A stretch of 64,000 bases of DNA from Lama glama (taxonomy: Eukaryota), in NCBI GenBank assembly GCA_028534125.1, contig CM052818.1:30382001-30446000 (forward strand), in the 5' to 3' direction. A program made the translations under genes and the position numbers. The notes beneath the pieces were generated by a model. That model was not told where the DNA came from. It was given only the letters and a program-made list of their open reading frames with translations, and searched no databases. Positions 38,688-50,883 of the stretch are shown here, one piece after another. Every line of letters starts with the position of its first letter. Position 1 is the first letter of the stretch.

Positions 38688-41600
38688 TTCTAGAAGTGTT
38701 ACAATTTTAATTTATGGTTGTGTCTGTGATCTAGTTTGAGTGAATTTTTGTGTATGGTATGAGGTAAAGGTCTGAGTTCACTTTTTTCGTATGCAATTGT
38801 CCCAGTACCATTTGTTGAAAAAGCTATCCTGTAAGTAATGACTCATCTTCCTTTTGATGGTTTTAAGATTTTTCTCTTTGTCTTTGTTTTTTATCAGTTT
38901 CATTAAGGTTTATCTAGGTTGAGAATCTCTTTTCACTTATCTTACTTTGGGTTATTGATTTTTTTTTATCTGTAGATTAATGTTTTCATAAAATTTGGAA
39001 AGTTTTCAGCCATTATTTTTTCTCTATTTTTACTGTACCTTTTCTGGGACTCCCATTGGGTGCATCCTTGTAAGTTTGATGTTGTCTACAAGTCTCCAAT
39101 GTTTTGTACATTTTTCTTCAATCTTTTTTTCTCTCTTCTTCAAATTGGATAATTATTTTATGTTTAACTTTACTGATTCTTTTTGTAATATTAAATCTCC
39201 TCTTCAGGCCATCTAGTGAATTTTTCATTTCACTTGTTATACTTTTCAATTCTAAAATTTCCATGTGATTCTTTTTAATTGTTTGCATTTCTTTGATGAT
39301 TTTGCTATTTATTTAGTCATTGTTATTATATATGTATGTATACATGAAACTTCTTTAAGCATAGTAGTTTCCTTTGATTCTTTGAACATATTTATAATAA
39401 CTTTTAAAATCTTTGCTAAGTTTAATATCTGGTCCCACTTGGATACAGCTGCTATTGGCTCTCTCTCTTTTTTATTTTCCCTCTCCTGAAAATTGGCTTT
39501 CCTTTTTCTTTGGCTTACAATTTTTTCTTGAAACTGGACTTTTTACATAGTAAAATAGCAACTTTATTCTGACTTTATTAATTTTTTCTGCAGGCAGTAG
39601 TAGTGGTAGTTGTGGTTGTTTTGTTAATTCATTTTTTTAAAGTTAACTTTCATGGACTCTATCTGCACAATCTGTCTTTCCCACAGGGTTTGACTACTTA
39701 TGTGTCCTCAGCTTTTAAAAAATTCTTATTTATGTTTTTCATCCTGGTTTTCTAGAATTCAACCCCTGTGTTTGCATTGCTTAGTGCTTAGCTAGTCCTT
39801 GTTGGAAGATTATGCTTAAACACCTTAAGCCAGTATGGCTTTCACCCTCTGTTTGTGGGTTATGTGTGTTTTGGGGAACACATTTGAAGTTCAGGCTTTT
39901 TTCAAGTTTGCCTTCTTTACTTTCTGCTGGGTCTTCTCTTGTCTCCCTGCGCATGCATGCAGGTTTCTGGTCAGCCAGAGGTGTGTGAGTCTTGTGCTTG
40001 GTCTCTTTCGGGTCTCCACTTTCCGTTGTGCATGCTTTCTCCTTCCCAATTACTTGGTATTTTGGAGGAGCTTAGGGCCGTATTGACACACATGTGTTAC
40101 CTCCTAGTCAGCCAGGTTGTGTGGAGGGCATCAGTTCTCTCCTCAGAATATGTGAATTTATCAAGTCCCTCTGTGACTCTCTCTTTTCTGGAACCTCCCT
40201 GTTAAATTTCTAGGTAGTCCTCAGGTTTGTGGCTTGCCTCAATTGGTACGGTAATCTCAGGCTACAAAATGGCTGCAGGTTTGTCTGTTTCCTGCTGTGT
40301 ATGGGTATTGTGCTCTGTGCTCTTCTCCAAATCACAGTTAGCCCCCTTCAGCAGTGCAGCTGCTGGTTTTCACAGCCAGCCTCACCTTGCTTGCACCATA
40401 ATGTTGGTGGAACAGGGGAGGGGCTAGGGGCAGTTCCTAGTAAGATGCCAGACTTCCAGTATTCTTCCCATGAAGTTCCATTTATCTTTCATGAGCCAAC
40501 TCTTCTCATTGTATTTTGGCCTTTGGTTGATTTCTAGAACACGTCTTCTTCTTCTTTTTTTTTTTTTTTGGTGGTAGTTTTATCCAATTTTGTAATTATT
40601 TTTTGAGGGTGAGATCTTATACTCCTTCATCAGGAAAGACCAGCTTCACAACTTGTATTCTAAAACCTAAGAATGTTACATTTCAAAGTCAAATGCTCTT
40701 TTCTCTAATCCATGTTCTGTGGGGATAGAGAATAATAGGTAATTTTTTAAAAAAGAGAAGTGACAAAGGGTGGATGGTTGAATCTTGACACAAAGCTTAG
40801 ATTTCTAAGTGGCATGAGACTCACCTCTGTATAGGTAGCTCAAACTCAGGTTAATTGAATGGTGTGGTGGCTCTTGTGGGGAGATGACATGTTATTTCTT
40901 CCAAGTGAGCCACATAATGTTGACAAAGTACTTTTCTCATAGTATTCCTCAACTTTGTAGCAGTTTTATGAAATAGGTATTGTAATTACGATCATTTTAT
41001 AAATAAGGAAGTAGATTTTTTAGGTTAGTGACTTACCTGTGCTCTCACTGTTTATTTGTATGTGACGGAGGCAGTACTTGAACCCCTTTCTTCTGGCTTC
41101 TTGTTTTTTATATTCTATATACCTGCTTCCCTACTGTGCCGTAACAACTGACAGACTCTTTAGTGATCTTAGTGTATTTATTTATGTACATAGTACTTGA
41201 AGTAAGAACAGTTCATAACCCTCTTGAATTTTTACTAGAGCTCAGATTCGTTTCTTCCAAATGATAATCACTCTTAAGTTACTGAAGAGCCCCTACTCAT
41301 TCATGCAGTTGTTATGCAAACTGGTAAGAGTCAGAGAAAGAGATATTCCATGGCAGCTTCCTCTGCCAGCTTCCTCTTTTTTTCTTACTCCATAGATGCA
41401 GATTCTGCCCAAGAAGCCCCTGCATTGCAGAGGGACTGGAGATCTGTATGATCTGTTTATTTCGCAATTGACAAGGGTAAGGGGGCCTTTTTGGGGGAGG
41501 CGCTTGGGTGCCCTGAATTTAGCTTTATGAAGCTGGGCTAACATTTATTTTAATAATACTTAAACTTAGTATTTTTAAAGACCCTTTTAATGAATTCTGT

Positions 41601-42573
41601 TTGTCCTACATCAATTAAGTGCCAGATTATCATATTTAAGAGCTTTTATTATAATGGTGATTTTTTTTAAAAAAGTCCTTTTCAGAACAAGTCCAACAAA
41701 CATATGATCCATGCTCCTGAAATGCCAAATCTGGGACCATATAGAATATAAATAATATTGAATATATGGAAGGAAGGAAAATTTCACTACATTGAAATAC
41801 TTAAAAGATCTGTTTCTGTAGCCCGTCACAGTTATTTGTAATTAATCTGCTCTGTTCCTTTTCCATAAATCTTTCAATCTGTAGAGTGAAAAAGGGACTT
41901 GTGGATATGCCATAAACATTGTGGATGGGCGTGGTGTTTTTCCTGCTGCTAGAAGTTAATATCTACTTCCTTGAATTCTATGTCCACCCTAGATGCCAGT
42001 GAAATTTGAGTGTGTCTTCAGACTGTCCTGTATCTGTTTATTAGTGTAGGTGTAAAGTGCAGTTGGTGAATCTTCCGGGAGCCCAGATAAATTTTGTAGA
42101 TGTCACTTAGCAGGTTTATAGAACAAGTGCCAGAAATGGTGGTATTTATATTAGAATAGAGTTAAAATAAGTAAGGAAGAATTTCATTCTCTTTTAAAAC
42201 TGTGGAAGCATTGGGCGGATGATCGTAGCTTTTATGGATAGTTGAGAAGACTTGACTTGGTGATGGTCTGATGAGCTTATTCTTATATGTGAGGATATCG
42301 TTATACCTCTTAGTAAAATAGCTTTGTTTATCTAATAAAGCATACTGTACATTTCTGTAATTTAAAGAGATATGTTTAGTATTCTGTACCTCTCATCTTT
42401 TTAAACGGTCTTTTAAACATCAATTTATAGATTTTAAGAGATCAACACTATTATGTATATTATCCTTTCCACTATTAATAAATGTTCCACTTTTTAGTGC
42501 CAACACATTGGAAAACTATTTTTATTCTTAGACTTCTTAAATGACTTTTTTTTTTTTTTCTGTTTTCTTTAAG

Positions 42574-42716
42574 CCATAAGGATGAGTTTACCATTATTCC
42601 TGTACTGGTTGGAGCTCTGAGTGAGTCAAAAGAACAGGAATTCGGAAAACTCTTCAGTAAATATCTAGCGGATCCTAGTAATCTCTTTGTGGTTTCTTCT
42701 GATTTCTGCCATTGGG
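42574..42716 (+). CDS. MEMO1: MEMO1 coding exon (5th; Ser146-Gly194, includes Asp189 and His192)
   Basis: Long T tract then aag| ... |gtaagt. [47 protein letters not shown]. 143 nt, phase 2 to 1. Confidence 0.97.
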
Positions 42717-43807
42717 GTAAGTTCTAGATTTTAACATATCATGGTAGTTATTATATACTTGAGGTTAAAGTTTATCTTTTCTTTCTAAACTCTGATTTTC
42801 AGTTCTTTATCACTTTCCTTGAATAGTTTTACTTTTAGCAACGATGTTCAAAGCTGAATAAAAAAGTCTTTTGGTCATTTAAAAAGGATGAGATTGTAAT
42901 AGGGAATTATAGACACATTTCCAAAGGCGACTGGTATAATTGGATTCACACTGTGAGGGCATCCTTGCTTAGACACTTAGGTTAGTGGAAATTAAGTTCT
43001 TTTAACCCCATTTCCAGGTAGAGTTGTGTGGTAGATTCTCTGAAGTTAGTTTTTTGGTGGATAAAACAAATGTTCTGTAGAATATAGAAGAGCACTGTGT
43101 GCTATGCCAGTCCTTTTCCACATTTCCTTTTTTGTAATTAGTCTTTTTTCCTTTCCTTTTTCCCTTTGGTGCTTAATTTTTGCCCATAGTTGCCATGAGT
43201 TTAGAGCTACCCTCCAGAGATTGCAACATGTTAGCTGTCAGCGCTCTGGTCTTCGTTGGTAATGGTTCATAAGGGTAGGGACTCCTGAGAGATTGTTGTT
43301 ACTATTGTGAATTAAAAGAATATGGCAGCTTCACAGTGAATTGATCATCAAGTGAGACGTTTATGGATGCCTCTTTTAGGAAATTTTGTTTTTTGAATTC
43401 TTTGCATACATTTTACTCTCATTTATCCATTACTGTTGTAGAATATTTCTGAGTCCTATTCCTTTTAGGAATACTCTTTGATATATTTATTTACGGTTTA
43501 AGGGTGCCAATATTTGTTCATTCTTCAGTTATTTCTTTGATTTTGGCGAAAACATGAGGCTCAAGACCATAAATTTCAAGATACAGTGCTAAAATGGCCA
43601 GAAAAACATCCATCATGAGATATAGGAAATACAGGGAGCCCTGGCTTTTACCTGTCTTACCCATTAATTGCTAAAGTCGATTCAACATTTAATGGGCCTG
43701 GTTAGGCTGGTTTCTTCCCTTACCTCTTGCTATGCTGTGAGTGGCTTTGAGATTTCAGTTCAGGAGAACGTCTCCCTAATGGTATAGAAAAGTGTTTCTG
43801 TTTGAGG

Positions 43808-44028
43808 CACTGATTTCTTAGCTGAGGCTGATTACCCCCTCAGGAGACATGTGAAAATGCCTGGAGACATTTTTGATCATTACAGCTGAGGTGGGGATGA
43901 TGTTGGCTTCTAATGAGTAGAGTCCAGGAAAGCTGTTAAATAAATATCCTGCAATGCACAGGACAGTCCCCCACATCAAAGAATTATCCTGCCCTGAATG
44001 TCAGTGGTGCTTAGGTTGGGAAGCCCTG
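43808..44028. mobile_element. MER20
   Basis: 'ctggagacatttttg...atcctgcaatgcacaggacagtccccc...aagaattatcctgccc...gttgggaagccctg'. Confidence 0.85.
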
Positions 44029-44147
44029 ATTCAGGGTATGCAGGTACCTGTGCTGCTTTGCCAAACTCCTTAGAGGCTCTCAGGGTTCTTTAATAACAAA
44101 TTCTATTAGCTATTTTGTTTGCTCCCTTTGGCAGAAGTTTTCTTTTT

Positions 44148-44181
44148 GTTTGTTTGTTTTGTTTTGTTTTGTTTTGTTTTT
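44148..44181. repeat. (GTTT)/(GTTTT)n microsatellite
   Basis: Read directly. Confidence 0.85.
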
Positions 44182-47100
44182 ATGGTTATAAGTATATTAC
44201 TTAGACCAGAGTAGGTTGATACTTGAAAAGAGTTCTTTTCTTGGGATTTTTGAAGTTTAGTAATATAACTAGAGAGTATCGTTATTGAAAAAAGGACTCA
44301 TTTTCTTAGTTGTATGAATTTGTGCTGATAATGAAGTATGTCCATATGTTTTAGAAATTAAAAATTCTTGAAGCATGTGCCCATATCTTCTTCGTTTTTG
44401 AGGCTCTTATGAATCATTTTAAATCAGTCTATGATTTAAATAGTTTGTTCCCCTGATACTGTTCTTCAGCGACCAGGCTCTCCCTCTAGGTTGGCATCAT
44501 GTGCAACCATAACATAAATCCATATAAAACATGAGTAAATGTTTTAATATTGCTCTTTTATGTAGACTCATTCTTTTATCCCACTGATGATGAGAAAGCA
44601 AACAAATTCTGGTCTACTACTATATTTAAGTACAATGTTGAGAGAGAAAAAAAATTTTGTTGTATATTCTACCTAAATCCTCAAAAAAGTAATTTAGGCC
44701 GTTTGATCTCCTTATTTCTTGAAAATCTTGGAATTTAAATTGCAAGATAGAACTCGGAGATTCCAAAGGTTGATAATGTTAGCTTATGGGAATCATGTAG
44801 AGACTAAAACATATTTGTGTTTACATTTGCTGGTTAAGTAATAGAACTTTTCCAAGTTTCTTTTTTTTTAGTATCACTATCACTAACAATACTCATTAAG
44901 TGCTTTATTTGTACTTATAGAAAGCACTGTAATAATTCTTGTTAGGAAATCTGGTGGAGGTTTGGGAGTAGGTGGAAAGTGTTAGGTGGACACTATTCCA
45001 AAATTGATAGGCTCCTTTCTACAATAGTAACTGTCTTTCTTGTAAAGTAAGCTTCATGTTCTGTTCTACATGCCTATTGAAATAATAGGAATCATTGGCT
45101 AGTTATGGGTTAAACTGTCTTTACTTAGAAATTAAGTTTCATATTTTCAAATTCATGCTGTAAGGGCATTGGTCATCTTTCCTAAATTAATGAGTTCTGT
45201 ATTTCCATCTCAAAAATCTAGCTTTTTCTCACAAAGGTAATACTTCTCTTTTCAAAGGTGCCGTACAAGATTGATTTTACCACACCAAAGTAACGATAAC
45301 ACTGAACTCTAAATCATTTCACAGACAGGATTCATTTCCTCAAGTACTCAGAGATCTTAAAAGTTTCATTGAGTTAGGTTCTTTACGCATTCCAAATTTC
45401 TGAATAGCTGATTTTTGGAGAAAAATCACTTAATTGATTATGGTATGGTTGACAAATTACTCATATATATAGTGGAGTTTTTTGTTCTTGTTTTTATTGA
45501 ATAATATGGTAGAGTACTGGTAATGGTGGCATTTTTCATTTCTAGTGGTCATTTCTCTTTATGTAATGTCCAGCTTCTGTGAAAAATAAAGTGAGAAAAT
45601 TGGTGATAGAGACAGTTGGGAGACCCATATGTGTATAATTAAAAGGGTTTGCCTTGTCAGCCTTATTTATTAGCCAATGTCCATTACCAGATGACTTCTT
45701 TTTTTTTTTTCCTTGAAAGGGTGTTTTGCTTTAAAGATGTTTATCTTTAAGATCTCGTTTAGCTCTTACTTAGACTTGAAAGAGATATTAGATAAAAAGT
45801 AGAAAGATTAAAATACTCTCAAGTTTTCTTTTTGGGTGAGACAAGCAAAGGGAGAGTTGGGAACCTAGATTCTATTGTGCCTTCTCTGTCTTTTCATTTG
45901 AATCCTACCCCCTGCCCCCATCTCCTGCATTTCAGTTCCTACCTTTTATTTTATAATTAGTCAGCCCAATATGATGATGTTTCCCCTGGTAATATTTGAT
46001 TACACTTCTTTTCACCTTTCCTGCTACTATCAGAAAGAGTGGCTTAAGTGAAAGGACATTTGCTTTTAGTATTTCACTTTTACCATGGTTAAGTAATGTC
46101 CCCATAATTTGTGTGCTTACCAAGTTCCACATCCTATAGGATGGCTTCATAAAGAGAATTTTTGTTTGGACCTTTTTTAGTTTTTTTAATTAGTAGAATT
46201 TTTATTCCATTTTCCTAAGTTTCATTTTTGGTCTTCTCCATGTAGACTGTTAGCATTTGTGTTTTCTTGATCTCCCTGAACTTTATATTTCCAAATTCAA
46301 ATTATTGACACCTTTCATTAACATAACTCTCAGTTAACTTCTAAGAAGTTTCTAAATGAAACTGGATCTGACAGAAATTGATTCTTTAAAAGCAGATTTA
46401 TGCTTCTATTTAATTTTCCTTTTATGGTGATTTTAAGTTCAAATCAATTTCAATAAATTTATTTGGTAAATATTAGTGATAAGTTATATTACTTTGTTAA
46501 AATGTGAATAAAGTTTATTCTACAGTCACTTCAGTAATTTGGTACTTTTATCTATAAACTTACAATTGTCTAGGTTTATATAATTTCTTTTTTATAAATA
46601 TGTGCCACTTATTAAAAATGGCATTCTCCTTCACCATTTATGAAGTTTATATCTTTATTCAGATTTCTGGTTTTATGTATATTAACAGGTGATTATTCAT
46701 GCATACGCTTCTTCCCTCCTGTTAGTCTCTTGGATGTGAGGGTATTACTATTTTCTAAATATTTAAATTGGTTTGAGTGTCAGTTAGCTAATTCCTGAGA
46801 TGTATCTTATTCAAGCTTTCATATTTGTCTTCTCAAATATTTGTACATACTGATTTCACATATTTAGGTCTTTGATCTCTTGCAAGTTTGAGAGAAAGCC
46901 AGTACTTTTGCATTATAACTAAGAATCCAGAATGAAAGGATTATAGTATTTTGCTTATAAAAATTACCTTACTTGATGCTACTTAGATAGTATTTTCTTT
47001 ATAAAATACATTTTTTTCTTTGGCAGTGATTTTAATTATGAATGTCCCCAGTTTAGGTCCTTAGTATAAAATGGCCTAATAATCTTATCTCACAGGCTGT

Positions 47101-47431
47101 TATGAGGTTTAACTGTACTGTTTGAAAAAGTTTTAATATATAAAGTGATTAAGTAAATGTATAACAGTATAGTTTTTACTGGACATATGTCTGAAAGTCT
47201 GTCTTGATGACTAATTTTTTGAGAGCTTTATAGAACAACTTTCTAAACTCATTGTTTATTTCTGCAATCTAGTGTATAGCTTAACATTGAGGTATTTAAT
47301 ACTTTTTTACCTTTTGTTTTGAGGTATTTCAAAAGTAGTGTTGGTTCTTGTATCATTCATTGTTATGTTTGTCCTCATTAGTTGATTGTTGTGTGTTAAA
47401 CAGACATCCCTGGAGCTTATTCTCCACACTC

Positions 47432-47819
47432 TGTGAATCCACTCATTAATCACCAGTCACCTTTGGAGATGGGAAAATTACTTACCTGTATTTCTTTTTC
47501 TCAGAAAGCGTGCTCTGGAATGGATTCACAAATGAGCTACCTTCCTTCCCTCAAAGAGTAAGGTTTCTGCTTTACAGGATTTTTTTCTTGGGTTATTTTT
47601 CCTCTCATCTTTTGAATTTGAAAAGAACTGAGGGAAGGCACCTGAAGAAACTACTGACATACTCACTAGGGGAGTTCCAAAGCTTGTGCTGCCCCTAGGG
47701 GCAGTGTCAATGGCTCTTAAAGCTAGAAAGCTCATACTTGGAGTTGAAACAGGGGCTCAAAGAATCCATTTTCCCAGTGTACCTTCTGAAAGGATAAGTT
47801 TCAGGTAAGTAATTTTCTC
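47432..47819. mobile_element. Inverted-repeat element, putative ancient DIRS-like terminal relic
   Basis: ~57-bp imperfect inverted repeat 47471-47527 / 47762-47819, with the outer 18 bp matching 17/18. An extra complementary 10-mer lies at 47432. The layout resembles the DIRS1 ICR plus terminal repeat as recalled. Confidence 0.5.
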
Positions 47820-50806
47820 TTACTATGTGATATGCTTTATTCATACTTATGAAAGTTCGCAAGTCCAGTTCTCCAGGTACATAGGCAACTGTATTTGTCA
47901 GTTTAGAGGCATAAGCTTTACTGAATGTTAGAAATAATGTAAAACAATGTATGTCTGCTCATGAGGTACATGAAACCATATATATTTTAAATCAATATTT
48001 AAAGATGCATTTTTGAGCAGTATATTGTGCTAGTGTTGTCATTTCTTTTATTTCTTATTAAACAAAATCTTGATAAACTTTATTTTTTAATAATTAGAGA
48101 CAAAGAAAAGAGCTTTTAATGCAAATTCAAAGTGTTGTTTAACTAAAGTTGTGTGTTTGTGCATGCACACACGTATGTTCATTCAGATGTACATATATAC
48201 CTTTAGGCTAAGATGATGGCAGCTCTTTACTTCAGATTAGATGCTTTCTTTAAGTATATCAACCAGAATGAATTAACTCAAGTAATTTTGAAATATTCGA
48301 ATAGTTAGAAATATTATCATGAGACAGTTTGAACTGTCATAAGTAAGATATTTTTTCAGTTTAGTAGTTACATGAGTGTGGATTTAGCTTCTTAACTGAT
48401 AAATTCTCCAGAGCTTATCAAATATTTCTACTCAGTTCTTCATTTAAATGCCAAGTGACAACTAAAGAGTAGTAAAAAGTAGATAGTAAAATATTAAACA
48501 CTTGCTTATTGATATTCTCTGTACTTTATCATTATTAAATCATGTTGATTTAGTATTTTAATATATTTTAAACATTCTGTGTACTATCTTACTTCAGAAG
48601 TAGTTTTGAAGTGAAAGTTACGTTGAAAATGGTTCATATGAACAAGGCAGCATTTTAAAATATAATTATACTTTTGACTTATGATTAAGGCAGTTTTGAC
48701 CAACTTCACCTATTTGAAGCAGCAGCTTTGAACTTGAAAGTAAGCAGAAAAGACTTTTGAGTAGCAAATGTCTATCATAAAGTACATGAATTTTCTTTGT
48801 ACTTGAGAGTAGCAGTCTTCAGATAAGACAATCATGTTCAGGTCACAGGGATTATTGACAACTAAAACTAACAGTTATCGCCAGAAGCAAGAAAAAGAGA
48901 ATGTGTTAATATAAACTTGAAGCAGTTTAGGTTCAAAGAATATTCGTCTTGATTTCTTCCAAGGGTATTACTGTTACTCTAGTGTTAGTGAGTTAGAATT
49001 GTCTAGTCTAAGATTAGTTTTTTAATTGTTTACTCATTTTTACAAAAGATTTTGGAACTTTGAAATAGAAGTAGAAATCTAGTGCCATTGAGTTGAATCA
49101 CTAAGTTATTGTGACAAACTTTAGATTTGGCTTTGAGCTTTCTGACAGCCATCTGGCGAATAGGAAAAATAGGGTGAATTATATAGTTCTCATTGTTAGA
49201 TAGAAGGAAGTACATACATTCTTTAAAGAAAAGCAAAGCTATACCTAACTCAAAATTTTGAAGGAAATGTCTAATGAGTTATTTAATGTAGGGACATTGA
49301 GTGATGAATTGTCAGTGTTTTAAGAATTTTTTTAGTGCAACGACTGTAATGGATTATATAGTTATGGCAACATGCAGTAATCTTCAGTGTTTACAAAAAA
49401 AGATTGTTATATTCAGAATGCAGATAATTGTCTCAGAACCCTATGGCTTGATTTTGGGATATCATGAATTGTAAGATGCAATATTGATTTAGAAATGGCT
49501 CTTAGGGGAAAATAAGAACTGCCACATTGAGTAGTTGTACATGTTAATGTATGTGAAAAGTTAATATGTGAAAGTTAAAGGGATATGGCATATTGTAGAA
49601 AGGTGACCATCAAAGATGATCAACGTCAACAAGTTAAAGAAATGTTAAGAACTGCGATGTGTGGTTTTTCTGAAAAATGACATCAAAAGAGTTTTATAAT
49701 TTTGCATGGCTGATTATTTATAAGACTTTTTTAGTAAGATAAACAGAAAACTTAAAAATCATAATTATCCAGCCAAGGAAACCCATCTCCTCAGATGCAA
49801 GGATAATAATTGGATATGAGAACTTTGCTCTGAAACTGAAGCACAAGGCACATAGTGTGTGTGTGTACATGATTAGGCTACTCTAATACCTTTACAGTTG
49901 CATTTCGGTGAATCTTTAAAAATAAGGGACATAAAAGTAATGATGGAAAATAGGTTTAGATATATCTGAAATGTAACATAATCAGTTGAGTAATAATCTG
50001 CAATTAATTATGAATATGTTTCACTTCTGGCTTTCATATGACTATAGTAGGAAGCAGAATTTATCACCTGAGCCTTTGGTTTTCTGCCTTCTTTTTAAAC
50101 TTTTTCTATTTAACCCTTTCTGTCCTTTGGAGAATACCTAACATTGAATGTTATGTGCTTATACCCTTCCTTGTTGAGATTTTATTGTCAGAGTAGGACT
50201 ATTTGTTATATTTACAATTTTGTGTATCCTACTTAAAGGAACTTGCATTGATCCTTTTCCAAGTAGAAAGTTTTGCAAAAATCAGAAATTTTTTTGTCGA
50301 GGTCATAACCATCACACAAACTACATATGCATATATCTCTGACCTACATTCTTTTTTTCGGTAATAGAGATCAAATCTTTGCATTTGTGCAGCAAAAGCT
50401 AAGCTTTCATTGATTTGTTACATTGAGATAGTTTCTTTGGGCCAAATTTTCTTGAATCATATTCTTTGGGTTTACTTTCCATTATAGACTGATATAATAT
50501 GTTTAACAATGCTTCTAACTTTTAAGCTGTTTTGTTTCCTTAGTGTTTTGTATTGCTCGTGACTTTAAGGTTTTACAGTTTGAAATAGTTTTTAACATCA
50601 TAAAACACTGGTGCTGTATCATTTCTTTACTACCTTCCCAAATATGCCTTTTATTTTTATGTACAAGGGCTCTTGGGAATGATTCTCTCAGAGGCTTAAG
50701 CTGGGCTTTGCCTTCGATGAGAACTGAAATTATTTGGTAAGCGCTTGCTTTCTTTTTAGCTTCTAATTTTTCCCTATTTTATTTTGTACATGATATTTGT
50801 TTCAAG

Positions 50807-50883
50807 GTCAAAGGTTCCGTTACAGTTACTATGATGAATCCCAGGGGGAGATTTATAGATCCATTGAACATCTAGATAAAATG
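50807..50883 (+). CDS. MEMO1: MEMO1 coding exon (6th; Gly194-Met219)
   Basis: tgtttcaag| ... |gtaagt. [25 protein letters not shown]. 77 nt, phase 1 to 0. Confidence 0.97.

Larger units (their letters stand above)
35940..40560 (-). mobile_element. Old L1M region hosting a nested young L1 and MER58
   Basis: L1 3' UTR and ORF2 motifs from 35940. The old L1 resumes after 38346 and 38690 as T-rich L1 internal sequence. Confidence 0.7.

Noticed and set aside
44418..44440. Short AT-rich inverted repeats (tttaaatca/tgatttaaa; also 57910-57944)
   Set aside because: They are expected by chance in AT-rich DNA.
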